From an uncultured Gemmatimonadota bacterium (GTDB lineage Bacteria > JAAXHH01): DNA of 64,000 bases. A program made the position numbers and the translations under genes. Shown one piece after another: positions 17,904 to 26,644 of the stretch. Position 1 is the first letter of the stretch; every line of letters begins with the position of its first letter. The stretch spans positions 3,232,001 through 3,296,000 of the forward strand of contig OX638340.1 of NCBI GenBank assembly GCA_951812955.1, given 5' to 3'. The notes beneath the pieces are model-generated. The model ran no database searches. It had not been told where the DNA came from and worked only from the letters and a program-made list of their open reading frames with translations.

Positions 17904-18523
17904 CACGCATGATCTGGGCTTCAGGCATCCTGCATATCGCGGCCATCGCCGGGCTCATCGGATGGAACACCTGGTGGCCCTCAACGGCGTCTTCCCGGGA
18001 TCAGCAGGTCTTCCGGGTCGACCTGGTAACGCTGGGCGAAACGCCATCGATTCGGCGTCCACCTCTGGTCGACGAGGACTACGAAGTCGTCTCGCGGAAG
18101 GAGGCCGCCGCACCGCAGGAGGAGGCGGCGCTGGCGCTCGAACGGACACCGCGCCTGGTGCCCGAACAACCGGATCCCGGTCCGGAAACGCCCCGGTCTT
18201 TCGAGACGGATTCCCCGGAAATCCGCCTGGACGAGCGGGACTTCGAGTTTCCATACTACCTCGGCATGATGCAGAGAAAGATACGGCAGCATTTCACGGT
18301 GCCCAGGATGCTGGGCGTTACGCACCTCGAGACGGTCATTTATTTCCGCGTGGTACGGTCGGGCCGGATTACCGGCGCCGTCGTTACGCACTCGTCTTCC
18401 AACCCGGTCTTCGACCTTGCGGCGCAGCGGGCGTTGAATGCGGCCGACCCGCTGCCGCCGCTGCCTGAAGGTTACCAGAAATCCTATCTGGGCGTGCATT
18501 TCGCCTTTCAATACGCGTTATGA
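17900..18523 (+). CDS. TolA/TonB-family energy-transducer (TonB C-terminal-like domain)
   Basis: ATGA overlap with tolR; N-terminal TM segment; Pro/Glu-rich spacer; C-terminal domain similar to TonB-C (…YPYYLGMMQRKI…VHFAFQY). It occupies the tolA position. Confidence 0.6.
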   Translation: MTRMIWASGILHIAAIAGLIGWNTWWPSTASSRDQQVFRVDLVTLGETPSIRRPPLVDEDYEVVSRKEAAAPQEEAALALERTPRLVPEQPDPGPETPRSFETDSPEIRLDERDFEFPYYLGMMQRKIRQHFTVPRMLGVTHLETVIYFRVVRSGRITGAVVTHSSSNPVFDLAAQRALNAADPLPPLPEGYQKSYLGVHFAFQYAL

Positions 18524-18557
18524 AGCAGGCGCGACCGTCTGAAATCTCCCAGCAGCC

Positions 18558-20045
18558 ATGATCGAATTCCTGTACAGTAAATCCGCGAAGAAAAGACCAT
18601 ACCGCCGGCCGGGTTGGGTCTGGCCGTTGCGGTTACTCCTTGCGGCGATCGTCCTGCCCTCCCTCGGCGAAAAGACCGTGTCGGGCCAGGACGAGGTCAA
18701 TCTCAGCGTACAGGCCCGCGTCTCCCCCCGCATACCGATCGCTTTCAAGCCCTTCTCGCCCGCGGATGGAACGGAGTTACACGCCGCCCTGCGGGACACC
18801 ATCAACCAGGTGCTCATGCGGGACCTCGCGTATTCCGGCGTGTTCGCCGTGCGGGACCTTTCCATCCCGGCCCGGGTCGGAGACGGCGGCGGCTCGCAGG
18901 TGCTGACGGACGTTTCCGGCGACACGACCTATGTGTTCCTGGATGCCGCCGGCGAGGTGGATCTCGAGTTGCTTCGCAAGCTGTCGGTGCAGGTCATGGT
19001 GTCGGGATCGTACGAAGTCTCGGGGTCCCAGGTGGAAATCGCGTTGCGGCTGGTCGACGTGGGTACCCGGCGAACGATCGTGGAGAAGGGGTACGCCGCC
19101 TTCGATCTGACCCTGAGGCGGATCGTACATCTCATGGCGGACGACATCGTATTCCAGTTGACCGGGGACCGGGGCATCGCGCAGACCCGCATCGTATTCG
19201 TCTCCCAGCGCAGCGGCGCGCCGGAACTGTACATATCGGACTACGACGGTTTCAATGTCCGCCAGTTGACCCGTGACCGATCCCGGAAATACTCGCCGAA
19301 CTGGTCGCCGGATGGCACCCGGATCGCCTACACGTCCTACAGGGACGGCCCCCACGAACTGTATTACCTCGACCTGCGGAGCGGTGAAACCAGCAAGGTT
19401 TCTTTCGATGGCAAAACGGTGTTGTCGCCACGCTGGTCGCCGGACGGACGGCACCTGATCCTGGGCTTGATCTCGGAGGGGCTTTCAAAGCTCTACATCA
19501 GCACGCTGAACGGAAACAGGCTGATCCCGCTGGCGACCGGTTACGGGATCAACGTTTCGCCGTCCTGGTCACCGCGGGGGGACCAGGTGGCATATATGTC
19601 GGACCGATTGACACAGAAGCACCTTTTCGTTATCAATATAGACGGTTCGAACGACCATCGGATCACCTTTGAAGGGGGTTACAACGGATCGCCCGCATGG
19701 TCGCCCCGGGGCGACCGCATCGCCTTCGTGGGCGGCGACCTGGTGCCAAGACGGCAGGGAGGCTCCGAACGGGTCTTCAACATCTACACCTGCGACGTCA
19801 ACGGCAGCAACATCGTGAAACTCACGGGTGTCCGCGGGCAGGAAGGCGACAACGTGAACCCGACCTGGTCCCCGGATGGCCTGCAGATCCTTTTCAGTTC
19901 CGACCGGACCCGCAGGAACGAGTACCACGTCTACCGCATGTATTGGAACGGGGGGGACGTCCACCCTGTCGTCACCGAGGGCAACAACCGTCAACCCAGT
20001 TGGGGACCGAGACCCGACGGCATCGTAACGGTCCTGGACGAATGA
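18558..20045 (+). CDS. tolB: Tol-Pal system beta-propeller protein TolB
   Basis: Signal peptide, N-terminal TolB domain and PD40 repeats (NWSPDGTRIAYTS, SPRWSPDGRHL, SPSWSPRGDQVAYMS, AWSPRGDRIAFV, NPTWSPDGLQILF). Confidence 0.85.
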   Translation: MIEFLYSKSAKKRPYRRPGWVWPLRLLLAAIVLPSLGEKTVSGQDEVNLSVQARVSPRIPIAFKPFSPADGTELHAALRDTINQVLMRDLAYSGVFAVRDLSIPARVGDGGGSQVLTDVSGDTTYVFLDAAGEVDLELLRKLSVQVMVSGSYEVSGSQVEIALRLVDVGTRRTIVEKGYAAFDLTLRRIVHLMADDIVFQLTGDRGIAQTRIVFVSQRSGAPELYISDYDGFNVRQLTRDRSRKYSPNWSPDGTRIAYTSYRDGPHELYYLDLRSGETSKVSFDGKTVLSPRWSPDGRHLILGLISEGLSKLYISTLNGNRLIPLATGYGINVSPSWSPRGDQVAYMSDRLTQKHLFVINIDGSNDHRITFEGGYNGSPAWSPRGDRIAFVGGDLVPRRQGGSERVFNIYTCDVNGSNIVKLTGVRGQEGDNVNPTWSPDGLQILFSSDRTRRNEYHVYRMYWNGGDVHPVVTEGNNRQPSWGPRPDGIVTVLDE

Positions 20046-20055
20046 AAGAGACAAG

Positions 20056-20862
20056 ATGAGCGTAAGGTCTTCAATGAACCGGGCCCGATGCATCCTGTCA
20101 GCCCTTTGCACCCTGGTTATTGCAGGCGCGTGCGGCGTGCAGTCCGACCTGACCAACCTGAAGAACGACACCACGCATTTGCGGGCCCAGATGCAGGTCA
20201 TGCGCGAGGAGGTCGCCCTCCAGGAGGACATCGACTCGCTGAAGGTCCACATCGGACGCCTTGAAACCCTGATGCGGGAACAGATGAACGAGATGTGGGA
20301 AATGCGGGCGGACCTGGGACAGCGGGTCAGCGGCCTGGAAAGCCAGTTGCAGATCCTCGCTACGCGTATATCGGAAAGCGACCGTCAGTTCTCGGCCCTG
20401 GTTCGCAGTCTGGAGAGGCTTCAGGCCCAGTGGAGCGCCACCGAACGGCCGGATACTACTTCCACGGAGCAGCCCCGATCCGTCGACCCCGGCGAACTGT
20501 ACGACCTCGCCTTGAGAGACTACCAGCAGGGCAGTTATGACGTGGCGGTCCGGCAGTTTTCCCAGTACATGGAGTATTTTCCGAACTCGGACCTGGCGGA
20601 CGACGCGCAGTACTATATCGGCGATTGCTATTATACGCAGAGTCTGTATACCCAGGCGCTAGACGCCTACGAGCAGTTGTTGAGCGCCTATCCGGACGGA
20701 AACAAGGTCCCTGCCACGCTGCTGAAGATTGCCTTCATCAAAGTCGCCAGGAAAGAACTGCCCGCGGCGAGGTCCTACCTGGAACGCGTCGTCGGTGAAT
20801 TTCCCGGTACCGAGGAGGCCCAGCTCGCAAGAATGAGACTGGATCTGATGTCGGACGAATAA
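20056..20862 (+). CDS. cpoB: Tol-Pal associated coiled-coil/TPR protein YbgF (CpoB)
   Basis: Signal peptide, N-terminal coiled coil and C-terminal TPR repeats (YDLALRDYQQGSYDVAVRQFSQY...YYIGDCYY). Confidence 0.75.
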   Translation: MSVRSSMNRARCILSALCTLVIAGACGVQSDLTNLKNDTTHLRAQMQVMREEVALQEDIDSLKVHIGRLETLMREQMNEMWEMRADLGQRVSGLESQLQILATRISESDRQFSALVRSLERLQAQWSATERPDTTSTEQPRSVDPGELYDLALRDYQQGSYDVAVRQFSQYMEYFPNSDLADDAQYYIGDCYYTQSLYTQALDAYEQLLSAYPDGNKVPATLLKIAFIKVARKELPAARSYLERVVGEFPGTEEAQLARMRLDLMSDE

Positions 20863-21074
20863 TTTGCTTTACTTTGGCAACCGAATCCGAGATTATGTTG
20901 TGGAAGTGAGGCAGGTTCAATCATACGTGATTTTGGTGAAATGGTAGCATCATGCCTGGTCTTTTACTGCGCTGCTGGATTGCCGCAATGGTTGAAACGG
21001 ATGTTAAGCGATGAACGGCAAGATTAACCCGAATTGCGCTGTATGGGTAACCTAACCATGGGAAGGAGTTCTAC

Positions 21075-21728
21075 ATGAAACGATGGAGCAACACGGCTTC
21101 GATGCTGGCGCTCTGTGTTCTGGTCGCCGCACCCGTGTGGATGGGTGCGTGCTGCGCCGTATCCCGGGGACCTTCCGCGGAGGAACTGGCCGCCATGGAA
21201 GCCGAGCGGCAGCGGGCCGTAGAGGATTCCCTCAGGGCGGTGCGCGCTGAAGAAGAAGCCCGGCTCGCGGCTGAAGAAGAGGCCCGGCGGATGGCAGAAG
21301 AGGAAGCTCGGCTCGCCGCGGAGGAAGAAGCCCGGCTCGCTGCCGAAGAGGAAGCCCGGCTCGCTGCCGAGGCGGCAGCCCTGCACGCAGAGAGGATGTC
21401 TCTGTCGACCATCTACTTCAATTACGACCGTTCCAATGTCCGGGAAGACCAGCGACCGGCTCTGGATGAGAACGCCCAAAAGTTGCGGGAGTACCAGCCC
21501 GAAGACATGGTGGTTGTCGAGGGCCACGCTGATGAGCGGGGTACGATCGAATACAACCTGGCGCTGGGCGAACGGCGCGCCCAGGCGGTCAAGACCTATC
21601 TCGTGGATGCGGGCGTGGCGGACAGCCGCATCGAAACCGTCAGTTTCGGTGAAGAGAAACCGGCGGTCATGGGCAGCGACGAAAGCGCCTGGTCGCAGAA
21701 CCGCCGAGTGGAGCTTATGCGGAAGTAA
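21075..21728 (+). CDS. pal: peptidoglycan-associated lipoprotein Pal (OmpA-C domain)
   Basis: GGAAGGAG RBS; lipoprotein signal (...WMGAC); OmpA-like C-terminal domain (IYFNYDRSNV...LEGHADERGTIEYNLALGERRAQAVKTYL...NRRVEL). Confidence 0.85.
   Translation: MKRWSNTASMLALCVLVAAPVWMGACCAVSRGPSAEELAAMEAERQRAVEDSLRAVRAEEEARLAAEEEARRMAEEEARLAAEEEARLAAEEEARLAAEAAALHAERMSLSTIYFNYDRSNVREDQRPALDENAQKLREYQPEDMVVVEGHADERGTIEYNLALGERRAQAVKTYLVDAGVADSRIETVSFGEEKPAVMGSDESAWSQNRRVELMRK
21249..21368 (+). repeat. 24-bp tandem repeat x5 in-frame inside pal (encodes EEEARLAA repeats)
   Basis: Read directly. Confidence 0.7.
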
Positions 21729-21760
21729 GCCGAAAGCACCACGGGTAACGTGTCGTACAG

Positions 21761-21790
21761 GGGCGGCCATGCACTGGCCGCCCTTTTTTT
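21761..21790. terminator. bidirectional rho-independent terminator (9-bp GC stem, T7 tract)
   Basis: gggcggcca-tgcac-tggccgccc followed by ttttttt. It sits between convergent pal (+) and amidohydrolase (-). Confidence 0.7.
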
Positions 21791-22682
21791 ATGCTTCCGG
21801 CAGGAACGCCTTCCAGTTTTCATAGATCATGTTGTGTATGGCCTCTTCCGGAAAAACGGGCAGGGATGTATTTTGCGTCAGGTCGTTCACCTTCCACTGT
21901 CCCGCTATGACCTGTGCCGGCGTTGCCGAGGGAAAATCGGAACCGAAGATCAACTTGTGCTCCACCCCATACTCCAGGGCGGACATGAATGCCATGTAAT
22001 GGCGCAGCGGACGGTAGTGCAGCGCCGATATGTCCGCGTAGAGGTTCGGATGCTTTCGGATCAGGACCACGCATTCGTCCTCCCACGGATGTCCCATGTG
22101 GGCAATCATCATCCGCAGGTCCGGGCACGCCACCGCGATGTCCTCGAGCTGAATAGGATTGGCCCACTTGAGGGGACCCGGCCGCACGAAGGACGTGCCC
22201 TGGTGCCAGATGACGGGGATATCCAGCGCTTCCGCTTTCCTGAACAGGGGCAGGTAAGCCGGGTCCTGGGGGTCGAAGTGCTGGTAGATCGGCGCGACCT
22301 TCAATCCACGCAGTCCGAGTTCGTTTACGTTGTATTCGAGCTGTTCGACGGCGTCCTCGTCATTGGGATCGACGGAACACCAGCCGATGAAACGGTCCGC
22401 GTTCTCCGCCACGAATCCCGCGACGAGTTCCTGGGGCACGTTCACCCCGCAATAAGGCGCCTTCAACCCGAACACCACAACCCTGTCGCAGTCCTCCGTC
22501 GCCTTAAGCAGCGTTTCGGGCGTGGAGTCGAAGGCGTTCTTGTACCGGTCTTCGTGACCCGCGTAGTAAACGTCGTCGGACAGGCGCATCTTGGCCTTCT
22601 TCGCCGCATAGGCGAATTCCACGAATTCATCGGACATGTGATCCGGGTACCACATCAGGTTGGTGTGGATGTCGACTAGCAT
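21789..22682 (-). CDS. amidohydrolase-2 family metal-dependent TIM-barrel hydrolase/decarboxylase-like protein
   Basis: MLVDIHTNLMWYPDH start (ATG at 22682, 1 nt after the upstream stop); conserved His/Asp pattern of amidohydrolase_2. The ORF-track 5' extension to 22820 overlaps the upstream gene and is rejected. Confidence 0.7.
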   Translation of the reverse strand: MLVDIHTNLMWYPDHMSDEFVEFAYAAKKAKMRLSDDVYYAGHEDRYKNAFDSTPETLLKATEDCDRVVVFGLKAPYCGVNVPQELVAGFVAENADRFIGWCSVDPNDEDAVEQLEYNVNELGLRGLKVAPIYQHFDPQDPAYLPLFRKAEALDIPVIWHQGTSFVRPGPLKWANPIQLEDIAVACPDLRMMIAHMGHPWEDECVVLIRKHPNLYADISALHYRPLRHYMAFMSALEYGVEHKLIFGSDFPSATPAQVIAGQWKVNDLTQNTSLPVFPEEAIHNMIYENWKAFLPEA

Positions 22683-24544
22683 GTCTCTTCTCCCCCGGGG
22701 TTCGTGTGGTCGTTTCCACGGCCTAAGCTCGCGCGGATCATGTCCGCGGCTTCTTCCAGATTGAAACAGCCGGGATCGACGGGAATCCCTGCCGCGTGGA
22801 CGGCGGTCATCAGATTGCATAGACCCGGCAGCCCGGGCCGCTCCGGCCTCTCGGGCCTCCCGGACCGCTCCGCCCGCCCCTGCGCGGACGCATCGACCGC
22901 GGCCTCCCGGGCGAACAGACGCTCCGGCGTGGTGTCCGCCGCAATGCCGCCGTTCTCCATGACCAGGACCCGGTCCGCCAGGCGGGAGACCAGGTCCATG
23001 TCATGGGTGATCAGGAAAAGAGTCGCCCCCCCATCCTTGCAGGCTTTGAAAATCGCCTCGACCTGTCGTACGCTTTGCGGATCGAGACCGGACGTGGGCT
23101 CGTCGAGGGCGAGGACGGATGGTTCCATGACCAGTATTCCGGCGATCGCGGCCCTGCGTTTTTCTCCGCCGCTTAGCGACAGGGGATGCCGATGCGAGAA
23201 CTGTGCGGGATCGAGGCGGACCCGTTCCAGCGCCCGGTTCACCAGGCTCTCGATTTTCGAATCTTCCGTGCCTGTTTGCCTGGGACCGAAGGCCACGTCG
23301 TCGAAAACGGTTTCCTCGAACAACTGGGCTTCCGGGAACTGGAAGACCAGCCCCACCTTCTGACGCAGCTTCCGCAGGTCGGTTTCCTTGGAGGTTACGT
23401 CCCCACCATCGACCCGAACCGTGCCCGAATCCGCTTTTAGCAGGCGGTTCATGTGCTGGATCATCGTGGACTTACCGGAACCGTTCGGTCCGGTCAGTGC
23501 GACGCAATCCCCGGGGTACACCCGCGTGGTCACACCGCGCAACGCCGAGATCGCCAGGGAAGTTCCGGGGGAATAGGTATGGCACACCCGGTCGAATTCG
23601 ATGATGGGCGGCGTGGCCGGAATCGCCCCCGCCGGCGGATCGACCGGTTTCTCAATAACCTCCGAACTTGCATCGGACGATGGCATGGTCCCCGGCATTA
23701 GGGACGGAGGCCTGGGCATCCTGCCAGAAAGCCACTGCACAAGGGAATCGGGATGGACGGTACCGGCCGGTACCGGAAGCCCGCGTGCGCGCAAGGCGTC
23801 CGACAGCCGCTCGGACAGCGGTGCCTCGAGTCCGTGTGCCGCGAGCCGTTCCGTATCCCGGAATACTTCCTCCGGCGTTCCCTCCGCTGCGACGGCCCCA
23901 TCCACCACCATCGCGATGCGGTCCATCCGGACGGCTTCCTCGGGAGACTGCGTGATGAAGACCACGCTGAGCCGGTATTCATCCACGATAGACAGGAGCA
24001 GGCCGAGGATGTCCTGCCGGTCGCCGGGGTCCAGTGACGAGGTGGGCTCGTCGCAAATGAGGTACCGGGGACGCATAGAGACCACGGAAGCGATAGCCAC
24101 GCGTTGTTTTTCGCCGCCGGACAGCCTGTGGGGCGGATAATGGCGGTACTTTTCCAGGTGGAACCGGTCGAGCGCCCACGCGACCCGCCGGTGGATCTCC
24201 CTCGATGGCAGGCCGAGGTTTTCGAGCCCGAAAGCCACCTCACGCTCGACCGTGGTCGAGACCAGCTGGTTGTCCGGGTTCTGGAAGATCATCCCGGTTC
24301 GCTGGTGGACCTGCCACGTGTTCGACGGTTCGGCCGTATCCAGGCCATCCACCAGGACCCGGCCGGACTGGGGTACGATCAACCCGTTTAAACAGCGGGC
24401 GAGGGTGCTCTTTCCCGAGCCGTTGGGGCCGATCACGGCCACGCTTTCGGATTCGCCGATTTCCAAAGACAGGCCTCGCAGCGTGGGGACCGCGTTTCCC
24501 GGCTGGACCCGGTAACTGAACGTTACGTCTTTGGCGATGATCAA
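22676..24544 (-). CDS. fused duplicated ECF-transporter ATPase (EcfA-EcfA' / CbiO-like), with ~60-aa C-terminal tail
   Basis: Two ABC ATPase cassettes: Walker A GPNGSGKST twice, LSGGEKQR / LSGGEKRR signatures, and Walker B DEPTS twice. TTG start overlaps the larC stop. Confidence 0.85.
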   Translation of the reverse strand: MIIAKDVTFSYRVQPGNAVPTLRGLSLEIGESESVAVIGPNGSGKSTLARCLNGLIVPQSGRVLVDGLDTAEPSNTWQVHQRTGMIFQNPDNQLVSTTVEREVAFGLENLGLPSREIHRRVAWALDRFHLEKYRHYPPHRLSGGEKQRVAIASVVSMRPRYLICDEPTSSLDPGDRQDILGLLLSIVDEYRLSVVFITQSPEEAVRMDRIAMVVDGAVAAEGTPEEVFRDTERLAAHGLEAPLSERLSDALRARGLPVPAGTVHPDSLVQWLSGRMPRPPSLMPGTMPSSDASSEVIEKPVDPPAGAIPATPPIIEFDRVCHTYSPGTSLAISALRGVTTRVYPGDCVALTGPNGSGKSTMIQHMNRLLKADSGTVRVDGGDVTSKETDLRKLRQKVGLVFQFPEAQLFEETVFDDVAFGPRQTGTEDSKIESLVNRALERVRLDPAQFSHRHPLSLSGGEKRRAAIAGILVMEPSVLALDEPTSGLDPQSVRQVEAIFKACKDGGATLFLITHDMDLVSRLADRVLVMENGGIAADTTPERLFAREAAVDASAQGRAERSGRPERPERPGLPGLCNLMTAVHAAGIPVDPGCFNLEEAADMIRASLGRGNDHTNPGGEETC

Positions 24545-25704
24545 GGCAGTTGATCCAGCGCCACGCGGCCGGCGGCTTCCCGGACGGCCGCATACACGTC
24601 GGCGAGCGGAACGCCGCTGCTGAGCGCAGCCTGGCGGCAGTCTTCGTATTCGGGGGTATATCGCCGGGAATCCCCGTGTTCCACGACCTTGATCCGGATC
24701 GCGCCGTAGGGGGTTTCAACGGTGGTTTCGCTACGGGGCAGCACGCTGCGTGAGACGGGGTAAGTTCTGAGGCCTATGGTCGTCGTTTCTCGGAAGATCA
24801 GCCCGGACAACCGCCCGGTCAATGCGGCCGGCGCAAGCACAGTGAGCAGTACGCCCGGCCGGTTTTTCTTCATGATCACCGGTGTAAGGAAGGCGTCCAG
24901 CGCGCCGGCTTCGAGCAGCAGGTCCACGACGTGGCCGTAGAACTGCGGATTCATGTCGTCGATCTGCGTTTCCAGGATCTGCACGGAACCTCCGCCGGCC
25001 ACTTCTCCAGCCACTTCGCCGGCCTCGCCCGTACACAGCCTGGCGACGTGCCCATCTCCCCGGTCATTGTCGTCCCCCCCGTAGCCCATGTTCCGCAGCG
25101 TGAAACCGGTTCTGATCATCGGTCCCGCCGACAAGGCGGTTAAAAAGGCGCATCCCGGCAGGTCGATGGGGGCGTGGTCGACGGGTTGTATTGCGGCGCC
25201 TCTCATCAGGGCGGCCTGGAGTGGCGGCGTGGATTCGATACCCGCGGCGAAGGGCAGTGCTACGTGGTGGAGGGATTCGATCCCGAGCAGGTGGAGGGCG
25301 TTGCAGAGGAGCAGAATGCGCAGGGCCGTGTGACGTCCGCCCAGCGCTTCCACGGTCGGCGCCTGGTCCTCCGTCCCCCGCAGTCCGTTTACGTTCTTTT
25401 CCAGGTGGTCGATCACCCTCGTGATGAGTACGGCGGCCGGTGAGTCCGCTCCGCCTCCCGGTATGGCACGGCAGGTCTCTGGCACGGACGCCTCGGCACA
25501 CGACAGCGAGGTGTACGTCACCCGGTACCCGGCGACAAGCCCCTCAGTAACGTTGATCCCGCAATCCACGCCATGATGGCTCTTCATGGCTGATTCAAGC
25601 GCGATCGGGTCCACTCCCGCGTCGATCATCGCGGCGAGCAGCATGTCCGCGGTAAGGCCGGACAACTGGTCGAAGTATCCTGCCAAAGCCATTGGACCCG
25701 CCAT
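24541..25704 (-). CDS. larC: LarC-family nickel insertion protein (DUF111; nickel-pincer nucleotide cofactor maturation)
   Basis: N-terminus (MA)LAGYFDQLSGLTADMLLAAMIDAGV is typical of LarC/DUF111, and the C-terminal LarC2-like region is present. The start may be the ATG at 25692. Confidence 0.75.
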   Translation of the reverse strand: MAGPMALAGYFDQLSGLTADMLLAAMIDAGVDPIALESAMKSHHGVDCGINVTEGLVAGYRVTYTSLSCAEASVPETCRAIPGGGADSPAAVLITRVIDHLEKNVNGLRGTEDQAPTVEALGGRHTALRILLLCNALHLLGIESLHHVALPFAAGIESTPPLQAALMRGAAIQPVDHAPIDLPGCAFLTALSAGPMIRTGFTLRNMGYGGDDNDRGDGHVARLCTGEAGEVAGEVAGGGSVQILETQIDDMNPQFYGHVVDLLLEAGALDAFLTPVIMKKNRPGVLLTVLAPAALTGRLSGLIFRETTTIGLRTYPVSRSVLPRSETTVETPYGAIRIKVVEHGDSRRYTPEYEDCRQAALSSGVPLADVYAAVREAAGRVALDQLP

Positions 25705-25706
25705 CC

Positions 25707-26459
25707 CTATTCGTGTTTCCGGTTGATGAGGCCGGCCGCGTAACCGGCGTTGAACCCGCCGTCGATATTCACCACCGTAACGCCCGAAGCGCAGCTGTTC
25801 AGCATGGCCAGGAGCGCTGCCAGCCCATTGAAACTGGCGCCATACCCGACGCTGGTCGGTACGGCTATCACCGGTCTGGAGACCATTCCGCCGACCACGC
25901 TGGGCAGGGCGCCCTCCATACCCGCCGCGACGACGAGCACCGATGCGTTCATGATGGCCTCATGGTGGGAAAGGAGCCGGTGGATGCCGGCCACGCCGAC
26001 GTCGTAGAGACACTCGACCCGATTGCCCAGTACCCGGGCCGTAACCGCGGCTTCTTCGGCCACCGGGATATCGCTCGTGCCCGCCGAGACGACCAGCACC
26101 TCCCCGATGCCCAGGTCCCGCCAGGAGTCCTGGACCACGATCGTCCGGGCCGCCTCGTGGTACTCCGCGCCGGGACACCGCGCCGCCACGGCGTCGTACA
26201 TGGCCGGAGTCGCCCGGGTGGCGAGCAGGTCGCTCCCAGACGCGACAATGCGTTCCGCGATACCGGCCACCTGGCCGTCGGTCTTCCCCGTGCAGAAGAT
26301 CACCTCGGGAAACCCGCACCGCATCGCCCTGTGGTGGTCCACCCGCGCGTAACCGAGATCCTCGAAGGGCAAGGACCGCAGCCTGCTCGACGCCTCGTCA
26401 ACCGACAGATCGCCGGCGCGGACCTGTTGGAGCAACTGCCTGATCTGCGATTCGTTCAT
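25707..26459 (-). CDS. larB: LarB (PurE-like pyridinium-3,5-biscarboxylic acid mononucleotide synthase, NPN cofactor biosynthesis)
   Basis: PurE-like C-terminal half (AGMEGALPSVVGGMVSRPVIAVPTSVGYGASFNGLAALLAMLNSC) plus the characteristic ~90-aa N-terminal extension. Confidence 0.8.
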   Translation of the reverse strand: MNESQIRQLLQQVRAGDLSVDEASSRLRSLPFEDLGYARVDHHRAMRCGFPEVIFCTGKTDGQVAGIAERIVASGSDLLATRATPAMYDAVAARCPGAEYHEAARTIVVQDSWRDLGIGEVLVVSAGTSDIPVAEEAAVTARVLGNRVECLYDVGVAGIHRLLSHHEAIMNASVLVVAAGMEGALPSVVGGMVSRPVIAVPTSVGYGASFNGLAALLAMLNSCASGVTVVNIDGGFNAGYAAGLINRKHE

Positions 26460-26526
26460 GAGTGGCTACAAGGTCTTCGGGGGCTGATTCGCTTACGGAG
26501 TTCCGCTGTGACACTCCATCTGGTCA

Positions 26527-26626
26527 TACGGTGACGCCCCTGACGGATTATATGGTGAAGGCCCTACCTGGTTGTGGTTGTACGGTGGCGCCCTTGCCTG
26601 GGTTGTGCGGTGACGCCATTGCCCCG
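26527..26626. repeat. three direct repeats of ~21 bp (t[ag]cggtg[ag]cgcc..tg.c.gg), two in tandem, in the larB upstream region
   Basis: Read directly between the larB start (26459) and the dipeptidase stop (26645); a candidate operator. Confidence 0.4.
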
Positions 26627-26644
26627 GGCCGGCGCCTGCCGCGT

